A stretch of DNA of 64,000 nucleotides from Thecamonas trahens ATCC 50062. Taxonomy: Eukaryota > Protista > Apusomonadida. The notes under the pieces were generated by a model. The model was not told the origin of the DNA. It did not search any database and saw only the letters and a program-made list of their open reading frames with translations. The first letter of the stretch is position 1. Each line of letters starts with the position of its first letter. The stretch spans positions 1 to 64,000 of the forward strand of contig NW_013657649.1 of assembly GCF_000142905.1 (NCBI RefSeq), written 5' to 3'. Position numbers and translations under genes: made by a program. Of this stretch, positions 9,245-20,120 are shown one piece after another.

Positions 9245-10885
9245 ATGGATAGCATTGAGATTGGACTGTGCAGTGTGTGCATGGATGGCTACTCGGCTGA
9301 GAGGAAGCCGATGGTTCTTGCGTGCGGACACACGTTCTGCGAAGACTGCATTTGCGAGTGGAGGGCTGCCGACGGCGGAGCACGCTTGAAGTGTCCAACG
9401 TGCATGAGGCGATCATCGGCACGCCCTCGGGTCAACTACCAGATGCTTGAAACATGCAATGATTTGCGTGCAGCGCAAAAGGCGGCCGAGAACGGCTTCG
9501 CCTGGCCGCTCTTCTGCAGCTGCAGTCATGACGGGAAGGATCGGCCGCTGGCGACCGTCCGGTGTCGGGGATGCCGCAAGTCTTTCTGCACCGATTGCTC
9601 AAAGGCAATCCATGTGGGGATCGGGGCGGTCAAGCATGAGGTAGTTCCTGTGATGTCGGTGCGCTCTGGCGTTGATAACGCGCCCATTTGCCCCCAGCAC
9701 AACATGCCGTGGGTTGGGGTGTGCGGCGAAGCCGAGTGCAGCGAGAGGCGGATGGGATGTGCAGCGTGCATCGCCCGGGGCACTCACAAGGGGCATGCTG
9801 TGGAGAAACTGACAAATGCGCTGGATCGGCACGACAAGGAGCGCGAGCAGATGGCGGAGGAGGCGAAGAAGTTTGCTGGTCAGGCGGCGGCGGTGAAGGA
9901 GCTGGCGCGGTCACGGCGGGCGGGGCTCGCCATGACGCAGACCTCGATCACGGCCACAATCGCCAACCACTTTGACGACCTTCGCAAGCAGCTTGACAAC
10001 ATGGAGAGGAGCATGATTGCTCGGGTAGCAGGCATGACTCAGTCCGTCGTTACGTCGCTGGATGCGTTTACGGTAGGGCTGGAGAGTGAGGCGAACAATC
10101 TGGCGGCGGCGGCGGCGAAGATCGAAGCCAATGAGGAGCAGCTCGGCGCGCTGGTGCTTGCCAAGAGCGGCAAGCTAGTGGAGGAGGGCAAGATGACTTT
10201 GGCAAAGGCGACCAAGGCGGTGATGCTCCCACAGGCACATATAGGCCTGATCGAGAGGATCATCCCAATGCCGTTGCTGGACGTGCGGGTCACACCCGCA
10301 CCGGACAATGGTCTCTTGAACAGCTCCACGGCGCTCGGGATCTCCAGCATCATCGATAACGTGGCAAAGGTTGGAGCCAACACCAGCGGCATTGTCATGT
10401 CGCGGGGTTTCAAGGACACTCGGTGCCGATTCGAGTTTGCGCTGCAGCCGCCGTCGGGCGCGCCGGCCGATGCCGCCTGCAACGTCGGCATCGGCGTGAC
10501 GAGCATGGCGACACAGGACGCTCAGCTTTTCAACAGCGAGCAAACAATTGTGTGGAGAGCAGACAAGATCACGAGCGGCAAGATGGAGAAGAAGCTCTCG
10601 ACACCGGCCAAGTTTGTTGCCGACAAGATCTGCGCCATCGAGTACGACCCGCAGAGCGGTACGTTTTCGACGTTTGTCGACGATGTGCAGACCGGGATCC
10701 AGTTTCAGCACGTCATCCGCGGCAGCCCACTCCGCTTTGTGTTTACCGGTGATGCCGGCTGGACGCTAATCTGTGTGTCCATGACAAAGCACAAGAGCGC
10801 TGCCGAGTCTTGTCGGTGTCGGACCGTGACGCCAACATGCCGTGTGTCGGGAACAAGCGGCGGCGTGTCCGTCCGAGCGCAGTAG
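9245..10885 (+). CDS. TRIM-like E3 ligase: RING, B-box 1, B-box 2, coiled coil, SPRY-like domain
   Basis: RING CSVC..LACGHTFCEDC..CPTC. B-box 1 C..C..CRKSFCTDCSKAIH..H. B-box 2 CPQH..C..C..CAAC..THKGH. Coiled coil with IANHFDDLRKQLD. SPRY-like region with VGIGV, ICAIEYDPQSGTFSTFVDD. The C-terminus may continue in the -1 frame to 11013. Confidence 0.85.
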   Translation: MDSIEIGLCSVCMDGYSAERKPMVLACGHTFCEDCICEWRAADGGARLKCPTCMRRSSARPRVNYQMLETCNDLRAAQKAAENGFAWPLFCSCSHDGKDRPLATVRCRGCRKSFCTDCSKAIHVGIGAVKHEVVPVMSVRSGVDNAPICPQHNMPWVGVCGEAECSERRMGCAACIARGTHKGHAVEKLTNALDRHDKEREQMAEEAKKFAGQAAAVKELARSRRAGLAMTQTSITATIANHFDDLRKQLDNMERSMIARVAGMTQSVVTSLDAFTVGLESEANNLAAAAAKIEANEEQLGALVLAKSGKLVEEGKMTLAKATKAVMLPQAHIGLIERIIPMPLLDVRVTPAPDNGLLNSSTALGISSIIDNVAKVGANTSGIVMSRGFKDTRCRFEFALQPPSGAPADAACNVGIGVTSMATQDAQLFNSEQTIVWRADKITSGKMEKKLSTPAKFVADKICAIEYDPQSGTFSTFVDDVQTGIQFQHVIRGSPLRFVFTGDAGWTLICVSMTKHKSAAESCRCRTVTPTCRVSGTSGGVSVRAQ

Positions 10886-11362
10886 CGACTGCATCGTGCA
10901 CGGCAAGACAGACGTCCGTCAACACGCAGTTGCAGGCGATGGCTGGAGAAGGACCCAGTCTGCGGCTGCCCAAGCGGCAGAGGCTGCTGACAAAGGCGCC
11001 GCCGACCTCTTGATCTCGCCCGTCCAAGCTGCTGCTTGCATCATGGGCAGTATCAACGCTACCGTAGCTACTGTCGCCAGTTCCCGCACACGTCAAAGGC
11101 AACAAGTCAAATAGATGGCCGTCACTGTGTCCGCTCGTCCCTCTCCTTCCCCTTTCCCTGACTCGTCCCGTTGATCACGACCAATCAAGGGGGCACCACA
11201 TCCCGCTGCTCGAGCTGATGTGGACGACGGCATGGGTACCCACAGACATCGTGACTGTATAACATCATACAACATGCGTACATGATCGGATGAAGTAAGA
11301 GCGGGTGGGGGCCCCCCCTTGGTACTGTTCACCAGAGCCACGGACGGTAGCCGGCCAGCAAG

Positions 11363-11792
11363 TCAGCCAGCAGAGGGGTCGGCCATCGAGTTGATGACCG
11401 CAGGCTTGTCGGCGGGGCGGACATGGATGCCGAGCGGCCGAGAGACAAGGGCGATGGCGGGACCGCGGGTGACAAAGATCGAGATCGAGATGGAGCCGTT
11501 GAGGCAGGTCGGTGTGGTGAGGGGCAATGTAGAGAAGACACGGGTTGGTCCCAGTCTTCAGCGGTGACGTTGGCAGCAGCGTCGAGGCAGCAGAGCAAAA
11601 GGCCAGTGGCCGGCCAACGACAGTCATCGCCACCTGTCGCCGACAATACCGAGCGGTACCTGTTGCAAGAGAGGGGGAGCGTGCAGGAGACCATGTCATG
11701 TAAGTGAGCCATACCCACAAGCACTTCCATATACACACCATAAACCCCCATGTGTCTGCCAACACTATGCCTATATAGGCAGGAGTAGTCAT
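11363..11792 (-). CDS. Possible LAMTOR5/HBXIP-like roadblock protein (needs an intron plus a 1-nt correction)
   Basis: Reconstruction MTTPAYIGIVLADTWG/..VLSATG..ATGLLLCCLDAAANVTAEDWDQPV/VFSTL..NGSISISIFVTRGPAIALVSRP resembles recalled LAMTOR5 (NPSIVGVLCTDSQG..AGVISVLAQQAAKLT..DIPVV..NGNIMI..GITVAV). Pyrimidine tract and CAG acceptor lie near 11660; the donor is uncertain. Confidence 0.3.
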
Positions 11793-12050
11793 AGTTGCGG
11801 GGGAACGGGAAGGGGGAAGGGGGAAGGGGGGAGGGGGGGGGGGGCGGGGGGGGGTAGAGGAGAGGAGAGNNNNNNNNNNNNNNNNNNNNNNNNNNNNNNN
11901 NNNNNNNNNNNNNNNNNNNNNNNNNNNNNNNNNNNNNNNNNNNNNNNNNNNNNNNNNNNNNNNNNNNNNCAACACGAGTGATTGGTGCCGTGCGGGGGGG
12001 GGGGGGGAGATATAGGGAAGGGGTTCGAGTAGGAGGGAGGGTATAGTTGG

Positions 12051-15000
12051 ATGGGTATACTCATGATGTGGTGTGGTTGGTTTTGGTTGATGTGGCTGTG
12101 GTTGTGGCTGTGGTTGTGGCTGGGGTGACTGTGGCTGGGGTGCCTGTGGCTGGGGTGGGTAGCACTGGGGAGTTGTGCTGGTTGTGGTCAGGCGGTGCAA
12201 GAGTCGGAAACAGTGCTGTCGGCTTTGGCAAAGGTATGTATGATGATGGGGTTCAGATTGGCTTGGGAGGTAGCACAGTGCTGTGCTTGGCATAGTATAC
12301 TCATCGCCGTTGTCGCTGTCGTCGCCGGCGTCGTCGTCATCATCATCGTCGTCTTCATCAACGTCATCATCGTCATCGTCCCCAACATGCATGCACGCCT
12401 CACCTCACTCACTTTATCTTCACCCTCTGCTTCGCAGGTATGGCATGTGGATCACTTTGTGTGCACACACTGCAAGGAACCGTTTCCGAACCACAAGTTT
12501 GTGGCCCATGGAGGCATGCCGTACTGCACGCCGCACTACCTCGAGCTGTTTGGAGAAAAGTGCGCCGGATGTGGCCAGTATATCACCGGCGAAATGCTCA
12601 AATCGGGCGACGGCACTTCGTACCATCCACAGTGTATGGTGTGTGTCCGGTGCGAGTGCGTGCTCACCAACACGCAGTTCTACCTCATCGAGAGCAAGCT
12701 CTTCTGTGAGCCTTGCTCTATTAGCCAGCTACAGGACAACGGGACGATCGGTGACGGCTCGGCCGCGCCCGACGGCGACGGCCTCTCGGCCCGGGTCGAC
12801 CTCCTTCCGTGCACCAAATGCGGCGAACTTATCACAGACATGATGGTCACCGCGCTCGACGCCAGCTATCACCAGTCGTGCTTTACCTGCGCCAACTGCT
12901 CGACCCTCCTCTCGGGCCCGTTTGCGAGCTCGCGGACCGGCCAGCCGCTGTGCGTCACGTGTGGCCAGCTGCTCGGCCAGCGTGCGCGGTTGGCTCCCAA
13001 GCGCTCGCTTTCGACAGGGGGCGACGAAGAGTCCGGAGTCCCGGCGTCGGCGCGCGCGGCTGCAGCCGCAGCCGTTGTCGCGCCGCCCGAGCCGGCCGCG
13101 TCGGCGTCGCAACCACCGACCCGTCCGGCGCGCTCGAGCTCGACCGCCGACCCAACGTCCCCGCTGCACCCGCTCAACGTACTCGACCATGACCTTGGCA
13201 TCCTCACCGGCGCGCTGCAAGAGTACTGCGAGCGCGAGTCGGATGATGTTGTGTTTCTCAAGGGCGCGCTGACCAAGCTGCTACACTCGGTCAAGACACT
13301 AGTCGCTCTCGGCAAGGCTGCCAATCTCGACACCGGCCCAGTGTTTTCCGGAGCTGCGGCCGCCATCTCTACCGCCAAGAACATTGTTGTCAAGCCCGAA
13401 GAAAAGGCGGTGCACCTTGTCCCGTTTGACACCCAGCTCGGCAGCCTTGTGGCCGCCATCACGGCGCTCATCGCCGAGCTCCGCCGCATCACCGGCGTTG
13501 TCCGCCCGGTCGGATGGGAGGCTGCTGCGCCGGTCTTTGCCAACACCCCGCCAGGCTCCCGCCAGTCCATGCCGCCGCTGAAGGCGTCGGCGGCAGCCGG
13601 AACCGGTAGCAGCACTGACACACCGGCTGCGCCGCAGCGTGTTCCGCGTGCTCGTGGCATGTCCGAGACCGCACTGGCGTCCCAGCAGACCGCTGCCGCT
13701 GCTGCTGCTGCTGCTGCTCTTGCCGCTGTTCCTCCACAGCTTGATGCTGCAGGCAGCTCCGCTGAGCCTCCTCCTACCACCCGGACTGAGCAAGCCGAGT
13801 CACGAGCAGCAACGATCCACACATCGACGCCAGGAGACGAAGCCGTGGTGGCGCCCGCAGCCAAGTCGACGACAACGTCCAAGAGCGGTATGACCAAGAC
13901 GCGAATGCAGATTGGCAATCGGCAGTTTGTGCACATGCGCGATGCCAAGCGGGCCAAGGCGTACACCTCGGTCTCAATGATGGGCTGGATGCGGAAGCGC
14001 GGCGGGCGGATGAAGACGTGGAAGGACCGCTGGTTTGTGCTACGCAACTGCGTGCTCTACTACTACAAGTCGCAGGTCGATACCACCCTCCTGATGGGCC
14101 ACATCATCCTGCCCGAGTACTCGGTCAAGGCCGATGCAACGAGTGACACCGACCGCGAGCACTCTTTTGCGTTGGTCAAGGAGGGCGCGCGGACGTATGT
14201 CTTCTCGTGCTCAGACGCCAAGTCACGGCTCAAGTGGCTGAAGGTGCTCGGCGAGGCGACAGCCAAGGACCGGGCCGAAGTCGACGATGCGCATGTCGAG
14301 GCCATGGTCGCGTGCATGCTCGCTGGCCAGCCGCTTCCGCTCCGCGAGAGCTTTGCCGACAACCCGGACAAGGTGGTTATTGCCGAAGAGGTGGTAGTCG
14401 ACGATGGCGTGGAGGAGCGCAACATCCTGGTGCTGGAGAACCAGCTGGTTGTGGCCGGCACAGTCCAGACCCTAGTCGAGCTGCTCTTCTTCCGGCACGG
14501 TGCTGATCCGCAGTACGTTGCCACGTTTTTCCTCTGCTACCGGCACGTCATGACGGCTGACGATCTCATGACCCGCATCCAGGTGTGCTTTGAGAGCCCG
14601 CCGGTGGATCCGCGCGACCGACTCGACGGTGGGACCGGGAGCGAGGAGGCTGTGTCGGAGATCCGGTTCCGGATCATGCAGGCGCTACAGATGTGGGTCG
14701 AGGGCCACTGGTATGACTTTCACGACGCGCCACACCTGGTCGACGCGCTGGAAGAGCTCATGGGCAAGGCGCAGAACCTTCAGGGCCACGAACAGGTCAT
14801 GCGCGAGATGGCCAAGGAGCTGAAGGCGACGATCAAGCTGTCGCGGTCGGCGGCCAAGGCGGCAGTCAAAGCCGCCCGTAAGCGGGCCAACGACAAGGCG
14901 TCGGTCGCGGCGGCGGCCAAGAAAGCCAAGAAGCGGTCGATCATCAACTTTACCACCCAGGTTGAGTCGCCGATCGAGTTTGCCGACGAGATCACCCGGA

Positions 15001-15749
15001 TCGACCAGGAGCTGCTTGAGGGCATCCGGCCCGAGGCGTTTACGCTCCAGCTCTGGGGCACCTACGCCGGCAACGAGTATGTGGAGGCGCTCAAGGACAA
15101 GCTCGACGAGCTTGTGGAGCGGTTCAACTTTGTCTCGGCGTGGGCCGGCTCGGAGACGGTGCTCAAGCCGGACCTCGAGTCGCGGGTGGCGACGCTCCGC
15201 GCGCTGATCGACATTGGCGACCGGTTGCTCGAGCTGCAGAACTACAACGCGCTCATGGCGCTGGTCTCGGGCCTCAATTCGGCGGCGATGCAGCGGCTCA
15301 AGAAGACGTGGGACGCGCTGCCGTCAAGCAAGCGTTCAGCGATGTCCAAGCTCGAGACGGTCATGGACCCGCAGAACAACTACGGGGCGTACCGTAACCG
15401 GAACAAGCCACTGACGGCCATTCCCTTTGTCGGCCTCTACCTCAAGGATCTCACGTTCCAGAACGACGGCAACCCCAAGCGAGTCGACGGCGGGCTCATC
15501 AACTTTGACAAGTGGCGCCACATCAACAACTCGGTCCGCTCCGTCCTCTCCTACGCCCCGCACTCGCTCAACATCCCGCGCCAAAAGGCCGCCGAGAAAT
15601 ATCTGGCCATCGCCCAGATCCTCGACGAGGACACGGCGTACAAGTACTCGCTCCTCGCCGAGCCACGCGCCAAAAAGGCCGCCGCCGCCGCCGCCTCATC
15701 GAGCGACGGCCAGAGTGTCCGGCTCATCGAAAAGTGGATGACCGAGTAA
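12051..15749 (+). CDS. LIM(x3), helical bundle, PH, REM and CDC25 RasGEF protein
   Basis: Proposed exons are 12051-12054, 12163-12233 and 12438-15749 (intron 12234-12437 GTATGT..CGCAG restores CAGCGQ..LSALAK|VWHVDHFVCTHC). PH domain GWMRKRGGRMKTWKDRWFVL..W. REM VAGTVQTLVELL. CDC25 LQNYNALMALVSGL..RLKKTW..IPFVGLYLKDLTF..GN..INFDK. The first mini-exon is tentative. Confidence 0.9.
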
Positions 15750-15759
15750 ACGCACCAAG

Positions 15760-17169
15760 CTACGACGTCAGTGTCGGTAGCCGCGGGTGGCGGGCACCGC
15801 GGAGCGGCGGCGTAAAGCCTATCGACGTTGCCGCGCGCCCCCGGCCCGATCGTCTAGCTGCGCCCGGCGAGTGCGCCCGGCGGCGAGTGCGCCCGCGGAG
15901 TGGGATGCCGGTCGACGGGCCGCGGCCGAGCGCCAGCGCCGAGCGCGAGCGGAGCTCTTCGCGCGGCAGCGGCTCCGGGAGGCCCATCGACGAAGCCGGC
16001 CGATGCGGGACAGCAAAGTAGCCGAGCGCCGAGTCGTGCTGGATCCAGCGGACATGCGGCGCGTCGCGGTGCGGCGCCGCCTGCCACTCGCCGGCGGTCG
16101 CCAGAAGCGGTGGGAGGAGGATCTGCCCGCGCGACTCGGCCCGGAGGTGCGTGTTGTACATCGACCGCTTGTGCGACGCCGGGAGCTGGTCACCAGTCCG
16201 CTCCAGCGACCGACCAAACCGCGACTTGCGTCCCAGCGCACGCAGCGCCACGCTCAAGTCGCCGGCAAAACGTCCAGTGGCCGAGCGCGTCGAAGGCGCG
16301 CGGGTCATACCAACCGGCGGCGGTGCCGGCTCTGGATCGGTGGTGTGACCGCCAAGCAGTGCGTCGGCCTCGTTCGCCCTATTAGCCTCGGCCTCAAAGT
16401 CGTCCGCCAGCGACGACTTGGAGCCGGAACGCCGACCAAGGCGGCGGCGGACTTTCTGTCGCCGCCGCCGCCGGGCGGTGCCGCCCGACGACTCCGATCC
16501 GTCACTGTCGCCGTGCCCGTCGCCCGACTTGTCCTTGTCTCTCTTCTTCTTCTTCTTCCGCTTCTTCTTGGACGAGTCTCCACCCTCTGATGCCTCTGAC
16601 GTTTCGGTTCGGGCCGTAGGCGGCGCAGAGCCATCTCCCTCTGCCGGCATCGCATCATCCGCCGACTCGCGGTGCTTCTTCTTCGACTTGCGCTTCCGCT
16701 TCCCGCCATCATTCGCCTCTTTCTCGTCGACGCGGCTGGCATCATCATCAGCCAACAACGACTTGTCCTTCTTCTTCCTCTTTGATCTTGACCGGCCGTT
16801 GCCTGTGGCCGCAGTGTCGGCACCGGCATCAGCGCCAGCGTCTGCATTGCCATCAGCACCTGCCGACTTGGACTTTTTGACCGACTTTGACTTGCCCGAT
16901 TTGTCCGTTCTTGACTTGCGCCGTTTGCTTGAATGCCCGTCACCACCACCGCCGTCACCGCCACCGCCGTCACCGCCACCGCTGCCGCCTTTGCTGTTGG
17001 CTTGGCCAGCGCGAGCCGAGCCGGCCGAGCCGGTACCACCGGATGGCGCTGCTCCTGCCGACTTGCCCGAGCTGCGCTGTCTGCTACTGTTCCCTCCGTT
17101 CTCGCCCTTGCTCCCGCCGCCTTTGCTTGACCGGCGCTTCTTGCTTCGTCGCCTGCTCCCTTCGGGCAT
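15760..17169 (-). CDS. Hypothetical protein with a Lys/Ser/Gly/Asp-rich disordered N-terminus
   Basis: 469-aa ATG-initiated ORF with several basic NLS-like clusters (KKKRKKKKKRDKDK). No known domain recognised. Confidence 0.65.
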   Translation of the reverse strand: MPEGSRRRSKKRRSSKGGGSKGENGGNSSRQRSSGKSAGAAPSGGTGSAGSARAGQANSKGGSGGGDGGGGDGGGGDGHSSKRRKSRTDKSGKSKSVKKSKSAGADGNADAGADAGADTAATGNGRSRSKRKKKDKSLLADDDASRVDEKEANDGGKRKRKSKKKHRESADDAMPAEGDGSAPPTARTETSEASEGGDSSKKKRKKKKKRDKDKSGDGHGDSDGSESSGGTARRRRRQKVRRRLGRRSGSKSSLADDFEAEANRANEADALLGGHTTDPEPAPPPVGMTRAPSTRSATGRFAGDLSVALRALGRKSRFGRSLERTGDQLPASHKRSMYNTHLRAESRGQILLPPLLATAGEWQAAPHRDAPHVRWIQHDSALGYFAVPHRPASSMGLPEPLPREELRSRSALALGRGPSTGIPLRGRTRRRAHSPGAARRSGRGRAATSIGFTPPLRGARHPRLPTLTS

Positions 17170-17256
17170 GACTGTGTGGCGCGGAGAAGGGGGACGGGGC
17201 GGGGGTGGCCGTTGAGCGGGAGTGAGGTGAGCAAATTGGCGATGAGCGTTGGAGGG

Positions 17257-17445
17257 GAGGGCAATGATTAGTTGAAGGAGAGTTAATCGAGGGCAATGAT
17301 TAGTTGCAGGAATGTTAATCGAGGGTGATTGGGTGAAGGAGAGTTAATCGAGGGCAATGATTAGTTGAAGGAGAGTTAATCGAAGATGATTAGTTGAAGG
17401 AGAGTTAATCGAGGGCAATGATAAGCGGAAGAGAATCAATCGAAA
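17257..17445. repeat. About 6 copies of a 29-32 bp unit gagggcaatgattagttgaaggagagttaatc
   Basis: Directly visible. AT-richer than its flanks; lies ~90 bp upstream of the 17169 ATG. Confidence 0.9.
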
Positions 17446-17520
17446 GGTGCCGTCGTCGGCAGGTGGCGCGGGCAGGCAGGGAGGCAGGCAAGGCAAGACA
17501 GGGGGGGGACTGATCAGGGT

Positions 17521-19906
17521 TTACAGCGACTTCTTCTCTACCTGGACAGTGGTCACATGCATGCCTAGCTGTGACTTGAGGACATGCTCGACGCCGAGGC
17601 GGACGGCCTGCTCTGAGGCGGACGGCTCAGCGACGACGTGGACGGTGGCGACGGCCGTGGTCTCGTCCTGGCGCCACATATGGAGGTCCGAGGCGGCGAC
17701 GACACCCGGGACAGCGTGGATGGCGTCGACGGCACGGGCGGTGCGGCGCGGAGTGACGCCGTTCGGCACCCGCTGAAGCAGGACGGCCGTGGCGTTTTGC
17801 AGCAACGGAATGACCGAGAGGAAGATGAGGACCGAGATGAAGATCGAGGTGATCGGGTCCGAGATGGTCCACCCAAACCACTCGATGAGGAGCGAGGAGA
17901 TGATGACACCGACCGAACCAAGGGTGTCTGCGAGGACGTGGAGGAAGACGCCGTGCATGGAGATGTTCTCCTCGTCGTCGCCGCCGTCGCCGCCGTGTGA
18001 GTGCCCGTGGCCATTGCCGGCCTCGGCATCGCCGTGAGCGTGAGAGTGCCCGTGCGAGTGTCCGCCGCCGCCGCCGTGCGAGTGCCCGTGGTGGTCGTGG
18101 AAGGCAAAGAGGCCGACAAGGTTGACAACGAGGCCGAGAACGGCCACAAGGAGTAGCCGGTCTGTGCTCACGTCCTCGGGCGCAAAGAGGCGGGCGACCG
18201 ACTCGCCGAGAACCGAAATGGCGATAAAGACGAGGAAGACGCCGTTGACGTAGCCTGAGAGAATCTCGTACCGTCCGTAGCCAAACGAGTAGACCGAGTT
18301 GGATGGCCACTGCGCCATGACCGTGCAGTAGAGTGCAATGGCCAGCGCGGTGCAGTCGAACAGCATGTGGAAAGCGTCGGAGAGGAGCGAGAGCGAGTTG
18401 GTCCAGAACCCATACACGAGCTCCACAAACATGAACAGCAGATTGACAACGAGAAAGCCAAAGATCTTGCGGGAGTCCTGACCGGTCACAATCTGCTTGA
18501 GTACCGAAGTGAAGACCGCGATCGATGATGTCGACAGGAGCGACCCGTCGCTCCGCGCCTCGCCCTTGCCGCGCTTCTTGCCCGGGACGTGAAGCAGGTC
18601 GCGGAGGCCGAAAATGACCGCGGCAGCGAGGGCGATCCCGCTCAGCGGCACGCTTCCGGTCCGCATAAACTCGATGCCCCCCGCTGTCGCCGCTGCCGCT
18701 CCAAACCCGAGCTGTGCCACAAACGACGGCGCAAGCACTGCCTTCTTCTCCAGCACCCGCACGTCGACATAGTAGTTGAACACAAGAAGGCCGAGCGCGA
18801 GGACCATCAGCTGGACCAGCCCCGAGAGTGAGCTCGGCGCAAGGCTTCCAAGCCAAGCCTCTCCTGCGCCGAGCCGCATGCCTTGTACCACGGCCGCGGG
18901 CAGGAGCAGTGCGCCCGAGAGCAGCGTCGAGAGCGCATGCAGCCGCTTAACCCCGTTGACCGCCACTCCCAGTCGCCGGCCAAGAAGCTTTTGCGCCACA
19001 GACGCCACAAGCGAAGCCACAAGCGCCATCACGCCCTTGGCCGCCGGCGACGCCAACAGGCTCCCGTCGCCACCGGCATCCGCCTCTGGAGTTGGAATGG
19101 CGCCGATTCCACCGACTCGCCCGCTCGCTACGGCGCACAGGACACTGACAAGGACAAGCGCACCGCGCATCCGCCCGCTCGACCACCGCTGCCCCGCCAG
19201 GCTGACGTCCTTGTCACCGCGCCCGCCCGCGGTGGGTACCTTGGCCACCAGCAGGCCAAGCGCAACCACAAAGGCAGTGTCGGTAAAGCCTGAGGCTATG
19301 ACCGCCAGCAGCGGACCAAGCAGTTCGAGCGCAACAAGCCAGGCCATAAAGGCCGCGGCGCCGAGCACAGCGTGGACCGCGATCCATGCCCAGTCTGTCG
19401 AGTGGATGCGGCGGTGGTACGGAGCGAGCGGCCGCTGCAGCGCTGCAAACACCACGCCGGCTGTCACCAGCAGCGCAGCCGCAACAGACACTGTCTGCCC
19501 GCCATTGCCCACCAGCGCATAGCTCGCCGCGCTCCACACCGCCTTGGCCACCACCAGCAGGAACAGCAACGCAGTGTTGCTGTGACGAGCACACAAAGGG
19601 GAGAGGAGTCAGTGCCACGTTGAGGGAGATTAGGCCAGCCAGCGCCCGAGTCGATGACCGCCAGCCAGCGCCCGAGTCGATGACCGCGTGACCGCGCCCG
19701 CGCCCGAGTCGATGACCGTGCCCGAGTCGATGACCGTGCCCGAGTCGATGACCGCGCCCGAGTCGAAGACCGCAGCACCCACCATGACAGAACCAGCCAG
19801 CAGCCCCACCCAACCCATACCCATACCCATACCCACAGGTGCAACCATGAGTCTCTCCCTCTCCCCTCTCCTCCGACCCGTCCGTCTCCCTCTGCCTCTC
19901 CTCCGC

Positions 19907-19939
<33 letters not shown>

Positions 19940-20068
19940 ACACACACACACACACCTTCCCCTCACCACCCTCCCCCTCACCACCCACCCACCCACCATG
20001 ACCAACATCCTCGTTACCTACCTCTCTTCTCGCTCTCGTCCTCCTCCAAGTCCCTGGCGTGAAAGCAT
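17521..20068 (-). CDS. SLC30A5: CDF zinc transporter, ZnT5/Msc2-like, with an extra N-terminal TM domain
   Basis: Exon 1 is 20068-20022 (MLSRQGLGGGREREE). A phase-2 intron spans 20021-19580 (GTAGGT..CACAG). Exon 2 is 19579-17521. Motifs: DSRKIFGFLVVNLLFMFVELVYG, LLSDAFHMLFDC, YSFGYGRYEILSG, His-rich loop, GVFLHVLADTLGSVGVI. Confidence 0.92.
19643..19770. repeat. Intronic 18-bp minisatellite (gcccgagtcgatgaccgt/c)
   Basis: About 6 copies inside the ZnT intron. A (CA)n tract follows at ~19907-19955. Confidence 0.9.
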
Positions 20069-20120
20069 GCTTGTCTGACCAAGGAGAAAGACACGCACTC
20101 GCAGCGAGTGACGTGGTGGC

